From Atractiella rhizophila (Eukaryota), in contig MU271510.1 of the NCBI GenBank assembly GCA_021432655.1, positions 1 to 51,569 on the forward strand: DNA of 51,569 nucleotides, given 5' to 3'. Below the pieces are notes generated by a model that searched no databases, was not told the origin of the DNA, and was given only the letters and a program-made list of their open reading frames with translations. The position numbers were made by a program, and so were the translations under genes. Shown piece after piece: positions 25,350 to 36,600 of the stretch. The first letter of the stretch is position 1, and every line of letters begins with the position of its first letter.

Positions 25350-26952
25350 CTACCAACCGCCTCCCATAGCCAACTAGAGCACTGTTAGAACAATGTCTAG
25401 ACCAAACATGAGCGTACATACCTCGAATTCAACATACTCTCTAACTTGATCTTGGGAAAAGCGCGTGGCCGTAAAGATGCTAAACTGGGCAACAAAGTCA
25501 TAAAAGAAGGCGGGAAGGGAAATGAACGCCACTAACCCCATCGAGAAATCGAAGCATAACCTCTCTCTTGTTGCTACGAACGGGATCTGGATCCACTGAA
25601 GAACGCATGGGCATGGTTACATTGGCTGAAGGATTCATGGTTATGTCGGCATTGTTAGAGTTGGTCGCGAAGACGTGGTTCGAGCTCGAACCCTCCTCTG
25701 AGTGGCCCGCATAGGGGAAGCCGGAAGCTGCGGGGGAGCGGATGTACATGTCCAGGTCGACACCCAAAGGAAAAGAGATGGATGAATCCTAGATAGAATC
25801 AGAATCATTGTGTCAACTTAGTCTAACAGAACTCAAAATCGCCCACCTGACGTGACGACGTGGATCCCCGACGGACGTGTTCTCCAGTCACCCCTGAATT
25901 CATGATCGAAGAAGTCTGGGAAGCAAGATGGGAAGTGCTCGGTGTCGCTGACACCTAATGGTGGGGATTACTTCAGTATATTCGGGTTCTCAAGTTTGGA
26001 AGTGTTCCCACCTGAGACAAAGGAGGTCTTTCGGTTTGTGGTGCCTGTTCCCTCAAAGTGTTCGCAGTTGCTGGCGCCTAAAGTGAAGTGTTTTCAGTAT
26101 ACTCTGACCTCGAGTTTAAGGGTATCGCACCTGAGGTAAAAGAGGACCTTCGCTTTGGTATTCCTGTCCTCGGAATTGGGATCTCAAAGACATGTCTACC
26201 GGTTCTGTGTATTTCAGTTTCATCTGGCAGACTCTCTTGAGTTCCTGGAAGTCTTTGAATCTCCCACAATGACCTTCAATGTGTCCAGCGATCTTTCCTG
26301 GTCTCTGCATGGGACAGTGCGCGACGTTCAGATTGGCTGGACGGTTGTTTCCGGTAAAAGCAAATCTCTCTTTGAAGAACTCGAACTTTTGCCCACAAAG
26401 TCCCCCCCTGTTTCGGTGCCTGCAGTGCCCTGCACAATCCGCCAAAAAGAAAGCCATGCCCTTGATCCAGTTTCCTGGATCTTCAGATAGTATCACGCGG
26501 CGTTCAAACGATTCTGCGTTCCCGAGCGTGATGTGAATGATATCAGGATATTTATGACGCGAAAAGACTAAGTGGTCCGCCCCATCAAAAGGTTCCTCAG
26601 AGATGGTCGTCATCGACACATAATAAGTGCGGTCGGATTCGCTCTGACGATAGGTGAGGAAAGTGTCGACGCCTCCTTGACGCTTGATTGCATGAACTTG
26701 TCGGCCGCGAGGATTCCGGACATCGAATTTTTTTCGTTGAGCATTGTTGTCGAAGACCTTCCGAAATGTTTCTGGTGCGCGTTGCTGATATATAGCTTGA
26801 TTCGAGCCTTCGGCTTCAGAAAATACCTTATGGGCTACGAACAAAGCTTGATCATGGGTTAAACCGAGGAGAGATGAATCGGTTTGACGAGGAGGAGCAG
26901 AGGAGTCATCGGTCTGAAAACTGCTGTCCAGGTTTAAGTCGACCGGCTCCAT
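25350..26952 (-). CDS. Uncharacterised protein A (Cys/His core domain), paralogue of A'; 6 predicted exons
   Basis: ORF 26116-26952 continues through phase-0 GT-AG introns into ORF 25498-25767, a 63-nt exon (25422-25484) and a final LAMGGGW* exon. Confidence 0.75.
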
Positions 26953-27016
26953 GCTTCGTTACATGCAACCTCACATTCAAGGAACTGAATCCCGCCTGCT
27001 TTTATCAGTGAGAAGT

Positions 27017-27186
27017 GGTTTAACCTGCGTGAAGGCGTTCAATTCGGCTAACTCGTCAAGCATCCAAACAAACATCGATCATCTCAATAGGACGGTGCGA
27101 AATTGAACTGACCTTTGCACTGCTCTCACTCTTTTGTTCCAAGCAATTCAAAGGCACGCCTTCCAATACCGGCCGAAAGCTGTCAA
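27017..27186. promoter_or_regulatory. Bidirectional promoter of pair A/B with conserved motifs
   Basis: GGTTTAACCT (27017), ATCCAAACAAAC (27062-27073) and AGCTGTCAA (27178-27186) recur in the same order in the A'/B' intergenic region. Confidence 0.6.
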
Positions 27187-27269
27187 AGTGCCTCTGGCTG
27201 TGATCTTGTCCCTCCTCAATTCTACATAAATCCTGCAACTCGAAGGCCTTAGAAACGCACCAACTGACG

Positions 27270-28644
27270 ATGTCGAATGACGGTGGAACATGGCAACAAT
27301 TTTATCCATTCTCATCTGAACAGCATCGCGAATCTTTGAAGAACCCCCGGGAGGTCGGTGATAATGCATCATCATCGACTGCAGTGGTAGCTGGTGGTTT
27401 CGGTGGTACAGGGACATTGTTGGGTATCACTTCAGAAGGCGACGGTGGAGTGAGAATAGACCTTGGGTTACAGCGCGGCCAAACTGGAGCTGTAACAATA
27501 CCGCCAGCTGATTGGAACTCATGGATGGTGCCGTTTTCTCCATCCTTTGTTCCTCTATCTGAGGTGATATTTAGCAAACATACGCAAACCGTTTTATTCC
27601 CGCCAACGATTCGTCAACTACTTTAGCAGAACAGCTTCCAGGAACTTCTCCTCAGCCGCTTAGTCGAAGCTCGGGAACGGGCATGAAAGCGTACGACAAA
27701 AAAGAAGTCATGCTCCTCTATTCGGTCGAACCGACAAACCCAACCTTGTACGGTGCCATTCATATTCACACAAAACGGATCTGGGAATCTTGTGAAGCAG
27801 AATATTCAAGGCTCAAGCAGGACCCCTCGCATCTAGCGTTCATGCTAAAAGCAGACTGTCCTCGAATCTCGGCTACGCCTCAGAATGCTGTCCATCGAGA
27901 AGTTTTCCCATGGAGCGAGTTTGAGTTGTGGATCAAGGGGATTGCAGCCTACTTTGGGCCGTGTCGCAACGGACACAGTTTTTACAATACGGGTAAAACT
28001 GCGATGGGAAGACCGATTCACATCTGCGAACACTTCGAGACTTGTCATAATCATCACCTCGAAGGTTTGAATTTGGCAGAGATGTGCAAACTGATGAAGA
28101 AGACTCTGTTAGCTCTTCGTTTCTCTTCATATAGTCGCTGAAGCCAATAAGTAGCCCCAATTCCAGGCGCAAAAGCTCTGCATCAAACTCTGCAAAAAAT
28201 GCAGCGCTGACTGCGAAGGGGGGTCATAGGCGTAGGAACGTCAGTTTGAACACAGGAGGATACAATGTCGCATCAACAAGCGACATCCTCGTCCATGGGC
28301 CACGTGCAAGGCTTCCCCCACCCAATGGCAGATGGCGATCAGATGTTATCACCATTCGTATGTTGACGGCAGTACGTCATTCTCGCAGAGGCACACTCAG
28401 TATCTTAGCGGTGCTATAGCACTACTTTTGGGCACACTCCGAGAATCGTTTCGAAGCTGAATGGGCATTTCTTCAACAAGTAAGTCCGGTGTCTTCCTCA
28501 ACAAAGATTCTGAAATGGGAGCAGTGGAAACAGCTAGAGGATAACGACATACAAAACATGTCCGATGTTGATTTTCAAGCGTGGTTAACGAACTCTTGGG
28601 TCCCTTCCTTACCTAAATCTGCCTTAACTCAGGAAACGCAGTAA
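27270..28644 (+). CDS. Uncharacterised protein B (Cys/His core domain), paralogue of B'; 5 predicted exons
   Basis: Intron 27528-27574 joins ORF 27270 in frame to ORF 27683-28141. Later exons give PNGRWRSDVITIRMLTA|HYFWAHSENRFEAEWAFLQQ|WKQLEDNDIQ...ETQ*. Confidence 0.75.
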
Positions 28645-29868
28645 CATGGTGTAGTCATTATGCATACATGGGCCCTGTTTTTCCGTTCTCGAGCTTAGCC
28701 GAATCATGTATCAAGAATCGTTGGAATGAATTTCAAAGGATATCTTCAAAGCTCGTCACGAACATGAACGTAGGACAGCAGTGACTTTGCACCTGCAGTG
28801 CTACATCCATCTCGCGCGGCAAGCTAGGAAAGAGACGCACTTCCTAGACTGAGACACCACACACCAATTAACCACTCGACCTGTTCCTCACCACTCCCAC
28901 TCATATTTTTTTTTTTGGAGTCGGCATCTTGAAACCAAGAAGCATACAGGCTACCACATACTCACCGCTCTATTCAGAGTGTCTAATAATATTCGGGCTA
29001 GGTCTGCGACCCGTTCGATTTCTTGAAAGGGTGGGCAAGTTGAGGCGTTCGATCAGAGGATCTTCTTTGGTCGTCTTTGAGACGGAGTCAGAACGAATTG
29101 TGACACGCTTCATGGAGAGGTCCAACCTGAAGGTAGCCATGAAAGGGCAGATGAAAGATCGATGGGGATGGTTTGCTGAGGGAAAGAAAGTATCTATTAA
29201 GGTTAGCGCAAAAATCTCGTGTTGATTGCTTCCGAAACAGGAAACTTTTTGGTTGATATTACTGCCAGGGTGCCAGTGATGGGTCGGTCGATGAATGTTG
29301 GATGTTGCTTCTACAACTTGTCCCACACCAAGTCCTTCAAAACGTAGCCGGGTTATCGACCTCCAGAGCCATTTTAGACTGCGTCCAAGCAAGTTTCATG
29401 TTGAAACCAGATAACTTAAATCCAAATTCTAAGGTCTATTCGCTTAATGTTAGCAATCAGCTTGCATGAGTAAATGGGACGAGAATCGGCCACTTCTGAG
29501 TTCGAGTGTATTTTGACGCGGTAGACCTGAAATCCAATCATACTTGCAGCTCGTGTGTAAGTAAAACAGCAGACAAATTAAATGATAGTATTGGAACAGA
29601 GAGTCCATGCACATGTACCACAACCTGACAAATGCAACGGTACTGAGCATCATCGATGCGGATATTAGGTGTAGTGAAATCTAATGTCGTGTGTCCGATA
29701 AGCGATTCGATTTTGCAAGTCCAAGGTTGTGAAGCTTCGTAAACTGGAGCCATTGGAAGAAAGGAACTGATAGTAAGTTGTTACAAGGATAGTGTTTCCG
29801 ACGAAAAAATTGGCACGTGGAGATGAAGGGAACGAGAGTGTGCGAGTCCCGCCACATTAGGTGGTGAT

Positions 29869-31393
29869 CTAGGCAGGGAACTACACAAAGTTGAGGGCGG
29901 AGCTTTACTGAAAGGAAGAACAGTCAACGAACCTGCATGTCTACGAATTGTTGGTATACATCTTGAGCAACTTCAACTTTAGCAAAGGCGGTAAACTAAG
30001 AACCGTTCAGCAATACGCTACATTTAGAAAATTGGCTACTTGCATCTTTCAGGATGTGGAGCAGGCCGATCTTGTCGGCAGAGTGTAAGTCGCCGTCGTG
30101 CATCAAGAAATCCGCATTATGGTCCGCCAGTGTCACGGTCTCAGATTCACCTCCTATCCAGTCAAACTCCATACCCGATGGAGTAGGGTGAAGGAGGGAA
30201 GAAGTAGTAGCAGGTGTTGGGGTCGCAGTATTGCAGTTCTGGAAAGGAGGGGGAATGGGGGTGCTTCTTCGAGCCTAAAATTGGTCGGTAAGTAAGACTC
30301 AATAATGTGAAGAAAAGAATGCTCACATCAGGTGCCGATGCTGATCGTTGGAGCAACTGTCCCGCCTGTTTTCACCATCTGTCATTGTAGCCTGTGAAAT
30401 AACGGACGCACTCTTTGAGTCGGTGCCGACTTCTCCCACTTCTGTTGACAGATTGTCTTGAACTCCGGGAATGCCTCCATCTGTGCGCAATAAACCGCAT
30501 GACTAGCGATTTCGCAAGGCTTCTTCATTGGACATTTATCGACTCTGACATTTGTAGGAAGCGCCTGCAGCTTGAAGACGAACTCTTCCTCGTAGGCTTC
30601 AAATCTTTGCGTGCAACCATGATGGCAATTCCCCATGAAGAACGCGAGTGTCTTGATGAAATCCTTGGGGTCATCGGCCAATGTCACGATACTGTGGTCT
30701 GCAACCTGTCGTTTATTCATATCCCACTTGATCTTTATCGCGCGAGGGTAGATTTCGCGCTTGAGGACAACAACGTTGGGAGGCAAATCGGGACCCCCGC
30801 TGGGACCGGTCCAAAGAGACCACTTCCCGTCGACACCAAAAGCGTAGCAAGCGTCGGTGTCCCCTTTGTCATACGTTAGAAGGGTTAACGTGTTGCCTTG
30901 GGGTTTTCGTGCCAAGACCGCCACTCCAAAGGGATTGGTGACATCTGGAATATGTCCGGGTGGTGGATATGAAGAGGAGCGATGGTGAAGCTTTGGGGGG
31001 GACGCGCTAGCAGTCGGTTGGAGGAGCTCATTAGTAGATGAACTCGCTGGAGGATTGATGGTGATATAAGGTACCTCAGGGCATGAAGGCTGACAATGAG
31101 AACATGGAACTACGACAAACATGATTCAGCGTCCCTCGAGAGTGGGTGACATTCATACCGCCTCTGGAATGATTATCGAGACAGGCCAGGTGAGCATCTC
31201 GAATTTGGTTAGGGAGCGGTTGTTCCCAGTCCCTGGTTCGAAGCAAATTGAAAATCCCGCAGGTTAACTCACTTGAGAGAGGAGGAAAGCTCGCGGCGGT
31301 TAAAGGAGGTTTTGGATCTGTTGCACTGGTAAAGGTGCCTTGAAAACTGTCGATGGGTTGTCCACCCTTTATCTCTAGGTACCCCTCCCTCAT
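29869..31393 (-). CDS. Uncharacterised protein A' (paralogue of A)
   Basis: ORFs 31076-31393 and 30382-31122 are joined by an intron. Downstream exons include a 63-nt exon (29933-29995) matching the one in A; intron 29996-30043 has a GC donor. Confidence 0.75.
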
Positions 31394-31508
31394 GTTATTG
31401 AAATGAAAATGACGAAAGAGAGGGGGGTCGGAGTTTAAAAAGAATCGCCCATTTCGCGTTCAGGCCGTACACGTCCATCGCGTTTCGCTGTGTTGCCAAA
31501 GACGTATC

Positions 31509-31661
31509 GGTTAACCTTGGGCTCTATCTAATCCAAACAAACCCATTCAAACCACGATCAAATGGAAGTCATTCTGGTGAATAGAGGAAGGTTATCAATC
31601 AAAGTTAGACAATTTAGGCTCACGCGCTCACGAATTGCGGGCACTGTAACTCAGCTGTCAA
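31509..31661. promoter_or_regulatory. Bidirectional promoter of pair A'/B' with conserved motifs
   Basis: GGTTAACCT (31509), ATCCAAACAAAC (31531-31542) and AGCTGTCAA (31653-31661). Confidence 0.6.
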
Positions 31662-31783
31662 TGTCTTTGCTATGGATTTGGGCATTGGACACAAAATCAG
31701 AGTTTAAAAAACCTCTGCTTCGGTGCAGAGAAGCATACTCTGAGTCTCTGAGTCTGAACCAAGACGAAGAGTGTCTGGTTAGA

Positions 31784-33347
31784 ATGTCTGACGACGAGAT
31801 TGACTTTGGAAATGAAGAGGACCGCGAGGACCATGCCTCATCGTCGTCTGGAGTTCTCGTGGGAGGTCTCAACGGAACCAGCAGGTTCATAGGAAGAGTT
31901 TCACAAGATGACGATGCAGACACCTTGCGCCTCCAAGTCCACGTCGAGGATGGTCAAATGCAGCTCCCAATTCCTGCAGGTTTGTGGGGTAACTTCATTG
32001 TGAGTCCTCATCTTTCTCTCATATACTTGTCCCACACAGTTCATTAGGAATCTCCTTTCGTCCAAGAACATCTCATACCCACTTTGCGTCCTGATGAGCC
32101 ACAGATGCCTGCCCTTCAGCACACACAGAGATCGCGACGTCACGTGAACTCTAACGTGGTATCGGTACCCTCCACTTCCGCGTTACCTGCACATTCACCC
32201 ATAATTCCACCGCGAGATCAACCATACCAGCAAGGAAACAGCATACAGGCTTTTGATAATAGAGGAATCATGTTGCACTATGACTGCAAGCCAAGACCAC
32301 GTATACTGTACGGTTCTATCGAGAAAGCAACAAAGCGAGTGTCCGAAAGAACCCTCAGCGAATACAGACAGCTGGAAGGAGATGGAAGGCACCTCAGATT
32401 TTCCCTTACGGACAATTGTCCTCGTATTTGGTGTCATCACAACAGCCGGCGCCCAGTGCAGGAGCTCTTTCCTTGGAACAACTTCAACCTGTGGCTTAAA
32501 GGTATGGCCGCCTATATTGGATATTGCAGCCACGGGCCCAGTCCCTACAATAATCCAGAAAGGACGGTCATGGGCAGACCCATAAAGATATGCCAACACT
32601 TGGAAAAATGTTCCCGACATGATATTGAAGGGTTGAATTTGTCAGAAATATGCAAAGAGATGAAGTATACGTATGCCTTCTTGTCGGATTTTCATTGATT
32701 CCTTGATTAATGCTGGCATCAATATAGGCGGCCTCGGCCTGCGCCAGCACGGCGGCTCTCAGTGCAAGTGCGACAACCTCAAGCCTCCTCACCACAGCCT
32801 GCAGCCTCAGTACAGCCTCAAGCCCCAGTGCGACTGGAGACTGTCTCACTTCGACAGCTCCAAGTCCAACAACCTCAAGCCCCATTGTTGCAACAACCTC
32901 GCGGGCCAGTGCGCCAGTCTCAAGTCCCATCTCAACACCGCCAAGTACCATTTCAACAGCGTCAAACCCCAGTGTTGCCGCAACCTCAACGCCCAGTGGG
33001 ACAATCTCAAATCCCATTGCAACGTTCTCAAGATGGAAGGTGGAGGTCAGACCAAAACATAAGGCGAATGCTAGTCGCGGTACAATTTTTGGTAATGCAG
33101 GCACTGAAACTCATAATGCTTTAGTACCGTTTGTGGATTTCAATATGCCCAATATCAGATGGGGAAGAGTCTTTTTTAGATTATGTATGGGACGATTTTG
33201 CCTCGCAAAACCAAGCTGATGAATCGGCAGTGGAAGGGCCTTGAAGATCGCGGAATCGCAGAGGGCTCCGAGCAGGATTACAACAATTACATGCAACAAA
33301 CTGAATGGTGTGCATTCAAGTTCCCAAACCCACTACGTGGTTTTTGA
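31784..33347 (+). CDS. Uncharacterised protein B' (paralogue of B) with a Gln/Pro-rich repeat
   Basis: Exon 1 DHASSSSGVLVGGLNGTSRFIG...PAGLWGNFI; core ORF 32084-32698; Q/P exon ending DGRWRSDQNIRRMLVA|YRLWISICPISDGEESFLDY|WKGLEDRGI...RGF*. Confidence 0.75.
32770..33030 (+). repeat. Coding Gln/Pro-rich degenerate tandem repeat (~7-aa units; 87-nt duplication)
   Basis: QVPSQHR QVPFQQR QTPVLPQP QRPVGQS QIPLQRS; 32879-32937 resembles 32966-33024. Confidence 0.7.
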
Positions 33348-33687
33348 TGACATCCTGCAGAAATCAATAACGACGATGAGTTTTGTTAGTATCTTGTTTT
33401 GTCGGAAATGTTTGCAGAGTACCAAGGCTAGGAGTTGAAAGAACCAAACTGACATTGCCGTTCGAAGCCTGTCATGGACATGGATGTGGTGCAGCGGTGC
33501 TTAATCATCCGAGCACGACATTCATCTCGCACGAGAAGCAAGGAAGGAGACACACTTCCTCAACTGAGAGAGAACCCACCGAACAGCCGAGATCCACCAC
33601 TCCTTCCTTTCTCATTTAGACCGACAATAAAAGTAAAACTTCATTCCATCACAAATTATCATCAAACAAAGCAGTCCGTTGGCAGGT

Positions 33688-36600
33688 TCAGGTCCTGTTA
33701 AGAGTCCCATTCGTCAATGTGGAGAAGTCAGTAGGTAGGCGTTCTGCGACGCCTTCGATCTCGACTTCTTCAAATGCCCTCTGTATCTCCTCTCCGTTCG
33801 CAACCGAGCCATGTTTCAGTGCCTCCTTCCGCGAAGCAATGTAAGCCAGAGTGTTTCGAAAGTGAGCAACAGTCGCCTCGATCGTGTTCACCCCTTCGAC
33901 GAGACCAGAAGTGGCACCTCCTCCTTGAAAGGATGGCTGAATAGATATCTCGTTCTCTGGTGATGGAGAGGCGATGGAGTCGATATTGCTTGATATAAGT
34001 TCCACCAGGCTATTAATGTGCCGAGACGAAACCTACAAACGGACGTGTTAGAACCTTTACACCCATCACGCAGTTTTCACTTACGGTTTCGACCTGATGC
34101 TCGAAATAATAAAGATATTGATCTAGAGCATCGCAATATAGTTGAATGCTCGTCAGTTCGTCGATACTGCTTGTTGCGATTCGAAGGACCTTCTGTAGGC
34201 ACTCCAACACCCGTTTTCCATCGCGGAAGAATTCCTGTGATCATGGGAATCGGCCATCAAAAAGGACGCAATGTGGGATGGGTACGGACGTACTTCATCA
34301 TTATCCGGGTCACGTTCTCGGCCAAGGGTCTCAGTCTGCCACCAGAGGTGACTGGCAAAACCAACTGCCGTGGCTTGTTGTCCCTTCTTGAGAAGTTTTG
34401 AACCATGGAGTGCGGCCTTTGTGATGAGTGTGTCATAGTTGTCGTTACCAAAAACGCTCGTGGCTTGAATGGCTCCGATGAGAAACGTGATAGCTTGAAG
34501 CTGTGCGCGAGATTCCGAAATAGACTCCTCGTAGATTGTAAACGCTTTCAAACACATATTAGCTTCATCCAGTTCGGGTAAAAGCGCGATCCACGAACCT
34601 TCAACTGCAAATTGATAAGCAAGTTCCTCTTGCTCTGTTTCGTCTGCAGTTTGCATAGCCATAACGTAAAGTCTCAGGCAAATTTCAGAGCTCTCCACCT
34701 TATTGTAAAGTATTGACGTTGTGGCATGAATCCAGCGGAATAGACCATTAATCTTGCCAAGGAAATCATCAATCTGAGCTATCATCAGCACCTCCGGTCC
34801 TAACATGAAGGGAGAAGACATACAGTCTCTTCTCGATACTTATACCTTCTCGCCAGCCGAATAGCCTCAATAACAAGAGGCGGGAACGTCCACCTAATGC
34901 GGTCCCCGCCCTGCTGGAACTCGCGTCGAGCGGTTTGAAGTAGTTCGAATTGTGTTTCGAGGTCATCAGCCTTGAAGAGATGGACCATTCTCGCGACCCA
35001 CCCTTGCTCCTCTGCCATCTCTTCAGGTCATACTGCTGGACTCCTCTTTGTGCACCTCTTCCAGGCGGCGCCATCCCCATCCCTACCGCCGCATCCCTTT
35101 GATCTTTGATGAGCACATGACAAATCTCCAGTATACCTTTAACGTCTTCGACGGTGTCAATTGGGGTTTCGTTCTTGAGGATAGACGAGATGATAGCGTG
35201 CGATACAGACTTTCTTGATGTGTAGGGTTGTAATGAAAGGAGTGGGAGGTAAGACGGAAGAGCGAGCAGGGTGAGAGCGGAAGCGTAGGAATGGACCGGA
35301 GCTAGGAGGAGAGAGAGGGAATTGCCAATCGTGATTGGGTGATGAAGGTCAGGGCTGTCCGAATATTCGGACATCTTTCGACGAGCGAAGGCGAGAACTT
35401 GGTCAACATATTCGAGGCGGTCCGGATAACAGCTAAGCGCAAGGTTGGTGATGGAAACGAGGAGAGCGGTAATGTCTTGAATCGAGAGGTCAGGTCGATT
35501 CTGTGTCCATTCAATATTGCTGTAGGTAAATAAGCAAAGCGGAGCGTACCTTAATGAGCTCAGTGACTTGAAACCAGAAAATTTCGAATAGTCTAACGTT
35601 CTCAGGGATTCCTCTAAACCGGTCTGCCTTCTCATCTACCGGTTCCTTCTTCTCGTCGACCTTCTTCTCTTCTGAACCACCATTCGCCTTCTGTCCATCA
35701 GTGCTGCCATCATTCGAGCCATGCGCTGCTTTCTCCCAACTCCCACTGTCAGGGCTAACAGCCCTCGTCCTCACCTTCTCTAGCAGCCTCTTGCCGGCCG
35801 CTTCCTCCTTCCGCTTTCGCTCCTCCGGAGACTCATTTTCGGATTCACGTGCCGCATAAGCCGCCAAACGGTCGATGAGCGCAATGACGATCGCTTTGAT
35901 GTTAACTTTGGGGTGAAGGTGGGCGGTTGCGGAGAGGAAGGGAGTAAGGGTAAAAAGATGGAATTCGTCCGTGAACACCTATGTATCTCGCATTAGGGAC
36001 AAACAACTAACACGGGGATGGCGTACTTGAATAACGACCTCCATCAAGTATTCTTGAGCGATAACATCTTTACAATTGACGACTTGTTCGAGCACGGAAG
36101 GGAGGATGACTTTCCTATATGTCTCGAGATCCACGCCGTCGAGTTGCGATAAGCGAACCAAGTTCGTGCCTACTAGAATGCGCAGTTCCTTCCTTTCGAT
36201 CTCCCTCTTTTCCCTGTCTCTAGAGAGACCTTGATGCTGCAGGCGCACCCAAAGCTTGTTCATCTCGATAAAGTTGGTAAGAATAAAGCCTATGGAATCC
36301 TGGACATTCCCTCCCGGTCTAAACTTTCTTAGTGACACAGGCAAGCCAAAGTAGAGGGAAGAAACGTACCCAGGATCATCCCCAATAGGTAGATGGTCTC
36401 TCGTCATTCCGCTCAAATAATGCCGCAAAAATAAACCTCTTGTTGGGTGCTGAACCCCCCGGGTCATCTCCATCATATCCTTCATAATTTCCTTCGTGGG
36501 GGCATCCTTGATAGACATGTAGACAGTACCGACGGTAATCATGAGGTAAAGTCGGGGAACGATGTTTCCAGCATACTGAACGAGCTCGTATAAGTCGGCA

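Noticed and set aside
32568..33104. 178-aa minus-strand ORF (LGFDAVEMVLGGVEM...)
   Set aside because: Antisense shadow of the Gln/Pro repeat exon of B'.
25350..33347. Canonical HD1/HD2 mating-type locus
   Set aside because: The layout is similar, but none of the four proteins has a homeodomain helix-3 signature (WF-x-N-x-R).
25350..33347. Transposon origin of the A/B pairs
   Set aside because: I saw no terminal inverted repeats, LTRs, target-site duplications, or DDE, reverse-transcriptase or tyrosine-recombinase motifs. A domesticated origin cannot be excluded without a search.
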